Shown here piece by piece: positions 29,905-37,566 of a stretch of 54,727 nt of DNA. Where the stretch lies: positions 1-54,727 of the forward strand of contig JBGSYZ010000010.1 of assembly GCA_041750655.1 (NCBI GenBank). The letters run 5' to 3'. Positions within the stretch are counted from its first letter, which is position 1. Each line of letters opens with the position of its first letter. Under the pieces are notes generated by a model. It was given only the letters and a program-made list of their open reading frames with translations, did not search any database and had not been told where the DNA came from. The DNA comes from Minisyncoccia bacterium. Lineage in GTDB: Bacteria > Patescibacteriota > Minisyncoccia > Phycocordibacterales > UBA918. The position numbers were made by a program, and so were the translations under genes.

Positions 29905-30110
29905 GGTCCTCTCATATTTTATGAGAGGACACCTATTTGATGTACTGTATTCATATGAACGGCCGCGGATCCACGACCGTAGGCTAGCCGGCATGGGTCC
30001 CACCCCATGTCCGCGTCCTTGGCTCAGTGCGAGAACCGACCTGACTGTGCACTTTCGTCTCGAAAGACGTCTCCCAAAGATGAACTGCATAGATCACCCG
30101 TGCACCTGCA
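29905..30110. ncRNA. Candidate structured ncRNA (about 180-200 nt; 6S-like not excluded)
   Basis: GC-rich intergenic segment with many stems; TTGACA (minus strand) at 30135-30140 and a hairpin plus T-tract on the minus strand at 29895-29930. Confidence 0.45.
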
Positions 30111-30166
30111 TATTCAATCATGCTATTAAAGTATTGTCAATAGGTAAAAACCTTTATTTTTAAGAT

Positions 30167-30283
30167 CTATACTCCAAATCCTCCAGAATAAACCAGTATC
30201 ATGCCGAGAATGATGATTACAGCAATAACGGTCCAAATCCATTTAATGGCTTTTTTAGTGCGATGATGGTACAGAAAACTCAT
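30167..30283 (-). CDS. Small single-TM protein (38 aa)
   Basis: Manual translation MSFLYHHRTKKAIKWIWTVIAVIIILGMILVYSGGFGV. Confidence 0.7.
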   Translation of the reverse strand: MSFLYHHRTKKAIKWIWTVIAVIIILGMILVYSGGFGV

Positions 30284-30320
30284 AGTATTTTTATTTTTTT
30301 AAGTGTTAGAATAATACCAC

Positions 30321-30695
30321 ATGCAGGATTTCAAACGCAAAAAAATGATTAAGAATATACTATTCTCATACGGGACACTGGTTCTGCTGGTCCTGCTGAT
30401 TGTACTGTTGGGAAAGAGTGTTTTTGAACGATTTACCGTAGAAAGAGAAATGTCTGCACGCCGTACCGAAGCCGAGAGGGAACTTACAGAACTTAAGCAA
30501 AGGGCTGCTGCTCTGGAATCACAAGTTGACTATCTAGAGGACGATCGAGGAATGGAGGCAGAAATTCGTAGTCGGTTTGATGTAGTTAAAGAAGGAGAGC
30601 AGGTAGTCATTATTCTTGATGATGAAAGTAAGCAGGAAGCTACTGAAACAAAAACCGAAATTGTCGAGGATGAACCTTGGTACAAATTCTGGTAA
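30321..30695 (+). CDS. Septum formation initiator (FtsB/DivIC family)
   Basis: TM followed by coiled coil and E..IRSRFDVVKEGE. Confidence 0.85.
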   Translation: MQDFKRKKMIKNILFSYGTLVLLVLLIVLLGKSVFERFTVEREMSARRTEAERELTELKQRAAALESQVDYLEDDRGMEAEIRSRFDVVKEGEQVVIILDDESKQEATETKTEIVEDEPWYKFW

Positions 30696-30706
30696 TATAG
30701 TCACAT

Positions 30707-30976
30707 ATGAACGATACAACAGAGAATACAAATACTTCACATGAAGCGACCGCCATCATTTATAGCACCCCAGTGTGTCATTTTTGTCAGGCGGCCAAAG
30801 AGTTTTTTAAAGAGAATAATGTTTCTTACGAAGATATTAATGTGGCCGAAGATGCTGAAAAGCGCCAAGAAATGATTGAAATGACCGGTCAGATGGGCGT
30901 GCCAGTTATTAAGATTGGAAACGATGTGGTGATTGGGTTTGATGAAGGTAAGGTTAAAGAGCTTTTGGGTCTCTAA
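30707..30976 (+). CDS. Glutaredoxin-like (NrdH/YruB) protein
   Basis: YSTPVCHFC, TGQMGVPV, GFD. Confidence 0.92.
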   Translation: MNDTTENTNTSHEATAIIYSTPVCHFCQAAKEFFKENNVSYEDINVAEDAEKRQEMIEMTGQMGVPVIKIGNDVVIGFDEGKVKELLGL

Positions 30977-31007
30977 AATTTACACACACGTAACTTAGCT
31001 GGACTCT

Positions 31008-31044
31008 AACAAAAACACACGGTGTACAGCCGTGTGTTTTTGTT
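31008..31044. terminator. Bidirectional terminator
   Basis: aacaaaaacacacgg/ccgtgtgtttttgtt between convergent genes. Confidence 0.75.
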
Positions 31045-31108
31045 ACTTATTACGTTACAGCAATTAGAAACCCTTCGCGTAGTAGGCGCGAAGGGTTGGT
31101 TTATGTTG

Positions 31109-31678
31109 TTATGAATTCTTTTTCATAAAAACAAGCTTAAATGGTTCGCGCATACGAAACTCACTCATAGCAAATTCAACAGTTAGTTTTCTAATGCCTT
31201 TGCTTAACTCAAGCATGAGCACCTCCGGAATACCAGAGGAATTGCGTAGTGGTTCCATCGCTACCATAAACAGATCGCATCCCTCTTGTTCGTTGAGAGA
31301 AAACAGACCAAACAAGGCCATAGCTAGAAGAGGGCTGCAACACTCGAGACCACATTGGGCCGCTTTGGCGTAGATTTCTCTCCGGGTAGCACATCGTGGC
31401 AAGCCTAGTTCTTCGGGACTCACCACCACTAAGGTGTGTTCTTGTGGGTCCGTTTTGGTACTTGGAAAACTTTTTTCAATCAAGTACACGGCCCATTTCT
31501 CAATTGACACCCCTATAGATTGCAGCCACCCATAAAAATCATACAGTGTAGACTTAGAAGTGCTTGCTGGTACATGGTAGGTATGACCCACTGTCTGTGA
31601 GATATTAGACGGAAGTGCTGGCATCTTTTCCTCCCATTGAGTTTTGCTTTTGTAAAAATGTTGTAAAGACATTTTCAC
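31109..31678 (-). CDS. Hypothetical protein
   Basis: LVVVSPEELGL...T..EIY..A...GLE.C motif, VAMEP. Confidence 0.7.
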   Translation of the reverse strand: MKMSLQHFYKSKTQWEEKMPALPSNISQTVGHTYHVPASTSKSTLYDFYGWLQSIGVSIEKWAVYLIEKSFPSTKTDPQEHTLVVVSPEELGLPRCATRREIYAKAAQCGLECCSPLLAMALFGLFSLNEQEGCDLFMVAMEPLRNSSGIPEVLMLELSKGIRKLTVEFAMSEFRMREPFKLVFMKKNS

Positions 31679-31755
31679 TCTGCCTATTATTACGTTGCGA
31701 ATAATTATTTATTACAACGTAAAAAACTGAGTAATTCACGTGCTAAAATTTGGTT

Positions 31756-32505
31756 ATGGAACCGGAAACAAATAGTGGTGAAACAGGGGAGCAAAAAACT
31801 TCGTTTTTTGCTCCCCTCACGAAAGTAACAACTTTCTCAAAATTCTTTGCGTTAGCCTTGTTTATCGTAATGCCGTTTGTTGGTGGGTGGATTGGGTATC
31901 ACTACGCGCCGGAAAAGGTGGTGGAGGTAGAGAAGGAGGTGGAAATAGAGAAAACTCCAGAGGTTAATCAAAACATTCTTGTTTGCATTCCAACCGGAAC
32001 CCCTTGCGCATACTACCGAGGCTCGACCATTATTACAGGATCTTATCCAGATTCGTTCGAAAAGATCGACGATGTCTACTACAAAGATGAAAAGCAGGTA
32101 TTTGTTACGTGGTATACAAGCTCTGACTATGTATATGGGCCAAGCGCATTTATTGTTGACGGTGCCGACTCCGCGACATTCGAGCCAATTTACTCAGATG
32201 CGTTTCGTGGCGGCGTTAGATTGGCAAAAGATAATAAGCATGTCTACTTGGATAATAAGATTATAGAAGGTGCAGATCCAAGTAGTATAAAAATATTTGA
32301 TTTTTCACCAAGACTTTTTGCAGATAAACATGCTGTTTATAAAAATGGAGTCAAAGTTGATTTTATTGATGCAACTACTTTCAAAATTAATTCTGTTGAT
32401 GAAACGCTCGGTGGCACGACCGTGCATGCATCTGATCAAAATAGCGACTATATTTTAAAAGTCGATGGTTCTGATTCCCGTCTGCTTACAATAGAAGTAA
32501 TTTAA
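31756..32505 (+). CDS. Membrane-anchored DKNYY-repeat protein
   Basis: Repeats YYKDEKQVF, GADSATF, AKDNKHVY, GADPSS, ADKHAVY. Confidence 0.85.
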   Translation: MEPETNSGETGEQKTSFFAPLTKVTTFSKFFALALFIVMPFVGGWIGYHYAPEKVVEVEKEVEIEKTPEVNQNILVCIPTGTPCAYYRGSTIITGSYPDSFEKIDDVYYKDEKQVFVTWYTSSDYVYGPSAFIVDGADSATFEPIYSDAFRGGVRLAKDNKHVYLDNKIIEGADPSSIKIFDFSPRLFADKHAVYKNGVKVDFIDATTFKINSVDETLGGTTVHASDQNSDYILKVDGSDSRLLTIEVI

Positions 32506-32512
32506 TAATCTT

Positions 32513-32730
32513 GTGCAGGAATCGAGTCCTACTTTCAATTGAAACGAGCGAAATAAAAATTGATTTTTATTTCCGAGTGAATGCAGAAAGAAAATTAATT
32601 TACAGATTCAGTAGACCTTTTGGGTATTTTATTCCACTCCGTTTATAAAATTTCTCAAAAGCTTTTCGATTCGCGCTACGGATTTGTAAATACAAATCCT
32701 GCGCCTGCTCGAGGAACTTTGTTCCACTTG
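32513..32730. mobile_element. Fold-back mini-element at the 3' end of the tRNA-Arg relic
   Basis: Inverted tRNA-end copy ttcgattc (32665-72) + hairpin + cctgctcgagg (32704-14), further hairpins, direct copy gcaggaatcga (32515-25). Confidence 0.6.
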
Positions 32731-32825
32731 TGCCTCGAGCAGGAATCGAATCCACATCTCTCCCGAGTGACTAAAATATGCTGGGCGCATATTTTAGAGT
32801 TCTATCCATTGAACTTCAGGGAGGC
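32731..32825 (-). pseudogene. tRNA-Arg-like relic with a hairpin inserted in the anticodon arm
   Basis: D-arm agttcaatggatagaac identical to the tRNA-Arg at 33608; T-arm ttcgattcc; insertion ctaaaatatgc...gcatattttag. Confidence 0.7.
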
Positions 32826-33075
32826 CTTGAAATGAAACCTTGAGCTACGGCAAAAATAGTCTGGGAGACTGTTTTTGAAAATATGTGCCCTTACTCGGAC
32901 CACTTCTCGAACTTTTGTGCCTGCGGAGCAATTGGAGAGGGTGTTAGAGATGTTTTGTAGACGACCAAAACATTGAAATATCTCAAGAATTTGGTTTACT
33001 AACCTCAGTCCGTTGTCTCTCTGGAACCCTTGTATTCATCAACATGTGTTGGTGAGGGGTTTAGGGAGATATACC

Positions 33076-33528
33076 ATGCAGTTCATCATTCGCGTCATAA
33101 ATACCCACTACCCGAAGCCCTATCTGTGGTGGGCGGACTTTCTCTTCGTGCTCGGCATCGTGAGTATTGTCCTGGCTGTCCCAGAAGGCTCGTATCCTCG
33201 ACTGGTGTCTGCCGAAGCGCTTGGTCGGTTCGGCTTTATCTGTACGACAATTTTCGGCTTTTCGTACGGATACTGTCAGGTCGATGCCAAAAGCTTTCAT
33301 GCCAATTATATCAATTGGATGCTGAGCCGTAACCTGGTTCCGGTGGCCCTTACCTTCCTGCTGACATTGGTGTTGGCTATCGTCGGTTTCGTCGAGGCAA
33401 ATTCACTGCTGATCTTTCCAATGACAGCGCTCATCGGCACCGCTTTTTTGGAAGTTTACGCGTGGTGCATTTACCTTCTATACCGTTTCCTCCGACTCAT
33501 TTTCGTAGGCAACGAAGTGAAAGGGTAA
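33076..33528 (+). CDS. 4-TM membrane protein
   Basis: Four hydrophobic helices; GGAGA upstream of ATG 33076. Confidence 0.7.
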   Translation: MQFIIRVINTHYPKPYLWWADFLFVLGIVSIVLAVPEGSYPRLVSAEALGRFGFICTTIFGFSYGYCQVDAKSFHANYINWMLSRNLVPVALTFLLTLVLAIVGFVEANSLLIFPMTALIGTAFLEVYAWCIYLLYRFLRLIFVGNEVKG

Positions 33529-33607
33529 TGGGCGTCGGCCGGCCGGTTCCATGCTGGAGCCGGCCTTTTCTTTTGCTTAGGCACCGGAACATACGATTTT
33601 CATTTAG

Positions 33608-33679
33608 TGCCCCTGGTAGGAATCGAACCTACATCAGCTCGTTAGGAGTGAGCCGTTCTATCCATTGAACTACAAGGGC
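33608..33679 (-). tRNA. tRNA-Arg(CCT)
   Basis: gcccttgtagttcaatggatagaac...ctCCTaa...ggttcgattcctaccaggggca cloverleaf. Confidence 0.95.
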
Positions 33680-33733
33680 TTTGTGCGGATTACTGTAGCA
33701 TATTTGCCGGGTTTTGATGATAAAATAATAGTC

Positions 33734-34069
33734 ATGCCACCGCATAGTAAAGAGGAAGATATGAAGGAAATGCTCGAAGAAAATAACAAACTTCTCGAGG
33801 AAAACAATAGATATTTAAAGCGCTTGTACAGAAATGCCAAGTGGTCTTTCTGGGTTCGAATCGTGTGGTATTTGTTACTCCTTGGTTTACCGTTTGCACT
33901 TTACTTCTACATCCTCGAACCATATTTTACCTTGCTAGGTTCATCGTACGACCAATTTAATGCCGGTATTCAAGAGATACCAGGTTGGAAACAGTTTAAT
34001 TTAATGATGGAACACTTTAGGAATGGGGGAGAAGCTACAACAACGGCTCAATTTAAATCCATAGAATAA
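33734..34069 (+). CDS. Hypothetical protein (coiled coil + TM)
   Basis: LEENNKLLEENNRYL coil followed by a hydrophobic helix. Confidence 0.75.
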   Translation: MPPHSKEEDMKEMLEENNKLLEENNRYLKRLYRNAKWSFWVRIVWYLLLLGLPFALYFYILEPYFTLLGSSYDQFNAGIQEIPGWKQFNLMMEHFRNGGEATTTAQFKSIE

Positions 34070-34141
34070 ACGTTGAAAAATACCGGAAAAAAGGTAGAAT
34101 AGCCAGCACTTGTTTACATTAGTGAGTGAGTAGATATATTC

Positions 34142-34214
34142 GCTTGGGTAGCTCAGTTGGTAGAGCATTTCCCTGAAGAGGAAGGGGTCGGCGGTTCGAG
34201 CCCGCCCCCAAGCA
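34142..34214 (+). tRNA. tRNA-Phe(GAA)
   Basis: gcttgggtagctcagttggtagagca...ctGAAga...ggttcgagcccgcccccaagca. Confidence 0.95.
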
Positions 34215-34251
34215 CAAATAAAAAGACGGCCACCAGGCCGTCTTTTTATTT

Positions 34252-34563
34252 GTGCTTGGAAAGAAGACACTTGAGTGTCTTCTGGGGCGGGCTCGAACGA
34301 CGGACCGATGTGAGCTTGCGAACAAGGGAGTCGTGTCCCGCGGCACTTAGTAATTTATAAGCGAAGCGAAATAAATTACTTAGTGACCGTCAGGACGAGC
34401 CCTCCCTCCTGTCAGTTACGTGCGGGCTCGAAAGGCGCAACGATGTTGCTTTGCAACGAGTGAGCCGTGGTCAAGAACACTTAGTAGATTCAGAGTGAAA
34501 CGAAAGAATATACTTAGTGATTCGTGACCGAGCCCACCTGTGCGCTTTACGTGCGAGCCCACC
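34252..34563. mobile_element. Two tandem fold-back mini-elements downstream of tRNA-Phe
   Basis: Inverted tRNA end (gtgcttgg + hairpin + ggggcgggctcgaac); two units bounded by gggctcgaa...cgagccc sharing the stem cacttagta/tacttagtg. Confidence 0.65.
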
Positions 34564-34642
34564 TTAACCCCACCCCTTCCTTGCCATCACCCTCCAAAAA
34601 CAGTTATATTCAAATTAGTAGAGCTGTACACGGAGAAACCTA

Positions 34643-34825
34643 ATGGATATCCAAACGTATGATGCTGAAGGTAACCCGACTGGTCAAATCATTCGGATCG
34701 ACGACATTGCCTACCCCCAACCTGATTCTTTTGAAGGTGGTTTCCATAGAGTTCATCTTCTGAACTCGGCTGGTGGTCAAGATGTCATTGTTTGCGACGA
34801 AGATCTCAGACCTGAACATGCCTGA
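34643..34825 (+). CDS. Small hypothetical protein
   Basis: 60 aa, GGAGA upstream, hairpin downstream. Confidence 0.55.
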   Translation: MDIQTYDAEGNPTGQIIRIDDIAYPQPDSFEGGFHRVHLLNSAGGQDVIVCDEDLRPEHA

Positions 34826-34889
34826 CCAGTGCAACCAACGCGGCGGGCCCATGCAATGGGCCCGCCGCAAAATCATCTCAATTTTAATA

Positions 34890-35396
34890 TTACTTACTCG
34901 TGTTGGTTCGTACTTTCAGTTTGGTGCTTCGGTCTTTATCAACTTTCGGTAAAATAATCTGTAGTAGTCCATGCTGCTCTTTGGCCTCAGCCTCATCAAT
35001 CAACACTTCCTCTGGCAAGAGGAGTGTCCGTGAGAAGGCGCCCCAGAATAGCTCTCGATGATAGTAATCTTCGTCAGGTGCTTCCTGATCTTCTTCACGG
35101 TGGCCTTTAATGGTTACCATATCGCGGGTAATGGCGATATCTAGGTCCTCAGGGCTCACACCGGCCACGAGAGCGCGAATAACAATACTATCGCCTGTTT
35201 GGTACATATCTACCGGCAATTCGCCTTCCTGAGCGTTTCTGTCGTCGTGCTCATCGTAAGCTCCATCGTCTTCCTCGCTAACTTCTTCAGTGTCGTTTTC
35301 ATCAGCAAAAGCTACGTCCTCATCAAGGAGCTCGTCGTCGTATTCGTCGAGGTTTACTGAACCGGTAAGTCGTTCTAAAAATGATGGTCGTTTCAT
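34890..35396 (-). CDS. Hsp20/alpha-crystallin small heat-shock protein
   Basis: PVDMYQT, AGVSPEDLDI, ELFWGAFSRT.LLP, HGLLQIILPK. Confidence 0.93.
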   Translation of the reverse strand: MKRPSFLERLTGSVNLDEYDDELLDEDVAFADENDTEEVSEEDDGAYDEHDDRNAQEGELPVDMYQTGDSIVIRALVAGVSPEDLDIAITRDMVTIKGHREEDQEAPDEDYYHRELFWGAFSRTLLLPEEVLIDEAEAKEQHGLLQIILPKVDKDRSTKLKVRTNTSK

Positions 35397-35400
35397 CCTG

Positions 35401-35515
35401 CCCTTACATTGCCACTACAAGCGAAGCTTGTGTGTCAGATGTGATTAAATTTGAATAAAGTTTCGACATATCTATTAAATGTTCTTATTAGTATAACACT
35501 GTGGCAATGTTAGGG
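35401..35515. repeat. Fold-back element with terminal inverted repeats and a GCGAAGC hairpin
   Basis: cccttacattgccac / gtggcaatgttaggg (14/15); acaaGCGAAGCttgt at 35417-35431. Confidence 0.6.
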
Positions 35516-35529
35516 TTGGATTCATAATA

Positions 35530-36261
35530 TTATTTTCGGCGGAGGCGGTGTTTAACTTCTAAAATTTTGACTTTTTCAAAGATGAGGAAAAGGATAATTA
35601 TGCCAATCCAAACGAATAGAAAGACACCGAGAATGGCCTCTCCTCCATTTCCTTTCATTATAAAGAAGTTAAATATACCGTGCAATACGATAGCAATGAA
35701 TAAGCCAACCATACCATACCAGATTTTCTTCAAGGTTGACTTGTAAAAGGCAAACGCAAGAAATACTCCCACTGTGGCAGAGGCTAGTACGTGGAGTAAA
35801 GTAGCCCCAATAAATCGGAAATTTCCGGTGAGAAGAGAGCTGCTCCATTGTCCGCCATCTAGTAAGTTAAATATAAAAAGAGTATTTTCAAGCGAGGCAA
35901 AACCAAGAGCAATCACAATCATGTACACAATTAAATCTATAGGTTCGTCTACTGCCTTATGCCAAAAGACGACCACCAACGCAGCGGCGTATTTGAGTAA
36001 TTCCTCAAGAATTACCCAAATGAGTATAAGGTTATCGCCAGCTGGCTGACAGACGCCTGCTTGGTACACATCACAGGCAAGTTTTTGCAAAGGAAGAGTA
36101 ATTGGCACCACAGCCATACCAGCCATAAAGGTAATAAAAATAAGCCACAAAGGCTCTGGACGCAATCGATCTTCTTTGAGCCAAAACCACACCCAAAATA
36201 AGGCTGGCACGAGGCCACCCACAAAAGCTATAGAAAATTGCAAAGGATCGAGGGAACCCAT
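35530..36261 (-). CDS. PrsW family intramembrane metalloprotease
   Basis: EELLK, GFASLEN, LLH, LHGIFN. Confidence 0.92.
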   Translation of the reverse strand: MGSLDPLQFSIAFVGGLVPALFWVWFWLKEDRLRPEPLWLIFITFMAGMAVVPITLPLQKLACDVYQAGVCQPAGDNLILIWVILEELLKYAAALVVVFWHKAVDEPIDLIVYMIVIALGFASLENTLFIFNLLDGGQWSSSLLTGNFRFIGATLLHVLASATVGVFLAFAFYKSTLKKIWYGMVGLFIAIVLHGIFNFFIMKGNGGEAILGVFLFVWIGIIILFLIFEKVKILEVKHRLRRK

Positions 36262-36386
36262 GGAGATATTGTACCAGCTTGGAGTAACAAAAAATCGCAA
36301 ACTAAGGAATAAAATGGTGTAAAAAAGTTAAAAGCCGGCATCCCGTAAGGGGTGCCGGCTTAGATTTTACGACGCCACACAGTAGC

Positions 36387-36671
36387 TTAAGGTAAAAAGA
36401 ATTCTACCTCTTTAGCTTCACCATGGAAAACCACTGTGTACTCGCTGTCGGCGGTCAGACCAGTCTGGTCCGACATAATCGAAAAACTGGCATTGGTCTG
36501 AAAACCATTTGGGTTGTGTTTGTAATTGCTTGTCATCACTCCCATAAGCTGAACCTTTTGGCCACCTATGTCCAGAGTCATGTCGATAGGGTTGCCTTTT
36601 TTGCTACCGCAGTTGATTTGGAGTTTTCCTTCCTCATCTTCGACTAGGGAGAATCGTAGTGTTGTGTTCAT
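36387..36671 (-). CDS. Hypothetical protein
   Basis: ORF with GGAGG before ATG and a terminator hairpin downstream. Confidence 0.6.
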   Translation of the reverse strand: MNTTLRFSLVEDEEGKLQINCGSKKGNPIDMTLDIGGQKVQLMGVMTSNYKHNPNGFQTNASFSIMSDQTGLTADSEYTVVFHGEAKEVEFFLP

Positions 36672-36768
36672 GATCGCCTCCTTCAATCTGCAACTAACTT
36701 AGTCATTTTAAGACGAAAAGTCAATATAAAAAGGTGCGGGCCTTGGGCCCGCACCTGGTTGCAACTAT

Positions 36769-37212
36769 CTAGTACGAAAACAACAAATGACCGATACGAC
36801 CAATGACATTGGCTTCGTTTGGTCGCCAATCGGCACCAGGTTCGCGAATTAATGGAATTTCATGCCCATGCGGGTCTTCAAAGATTATAAAACTAGCACA
36901 CACATCAGTTGGCCAACAACATTCCGGAACTTTTCTTGGACGTTCATAGATAGTACCAGTGGTGTCTTTGAAATGAACTTCCACCGGATAGGTATAATCA
37001 TCGAATGCGTAGTCGCCGTAAAAAATTCCTTGTACGGCGACAGGGATATCTTCGTCGTCTTCAAACCTGGCTGACAGAAAATGAACCGAACCCGAAAGCG
37101 AAATATGTTGTCCAGTTTCTAACCAAAAAGAAATTTGTGTGCCGTCAAAAACTACACCTTGTACGTATTTTCCGTGTGGTGGATCGAAGTCTGGCTCTCC
37201 AGTATTTTTCAT
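36769..37212 (-). CDS. Hypothetical protein
   Basis: 147-aa ORF with GGAGG RBS and a terminator hairpin downstream. Confidence 0.65.
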   Translation of the reverse strand: MKNTGEPDFDPPHGKYVQGVVFDGTQISFWLETGQHISLSGSVHFLSARFEDDEDIPVAVQGIFYGDYAFDDYTYPVEVHFKDTTGTIYERPRKVPECCWPTDVCASFIIFEDPHGHEIPLIREPGADWRPNEANVIGRIGHLLFSY

Positions 37213-37270
37213 GACATCCTCCGGTTTTTTCTATTTTGCACTATAATCCTGAACAGACGCACAGTCAACT

Positions 37271-37564
37271 TTAATGGTACGTTGGTCTACTATATTCACA
37301 ATTACCGTCGATAATAACCTCATTTACCACCAACTCATCCAGTGTAGGGTGTTGTACAAGCGTAAAAATGACCAGCTTATTGTCAGCACTTAGCCCGGAG
37401 TAGTGCAAAGCAGTTTCGCTCGGGTGTTCAGTGAGTTCGTGAAGTGATATTTTTCCTAAGTCAGGAAGTATAATTTCTGCTTTAGTTAAATCTTTACTTA
37501 AGTTAAAGGGTACTCGTTCGATAGCTTCAAATTTTTTTTGAGTATTTTTTTCAAAATGTTCCAT
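37271..37564 (-). CDS. Hypothetical protein
   Basis: 97-aa ORF adjacent to valS. Confidence 0.6.
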   Translation of the reverse strand: MEHFEKNTQKKFEAIERVPFNLSKDLTKAEIILPDLGKISLHELTEHPSETALHYSGLSADNKLVIFTLVQHPTLDELVVNEVIIDGNCEYSRPTYH

Positions 37565-37566
37565 GT

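Noticed and set aside
34252-34563. CRISPR array or hammerhead ribozymes
   Set aside because: Repeats are not identical or regularly spaced and no cas genes are present; the junctions have GAA(A) but lack the CUGANGA core.
34600-35520. Replication terminus/dif at the switch from + to - gene orientation
   Set aside because: No dif-like 28-mer could be identified, and orientation bias over 55 kb is insufficient evidence.
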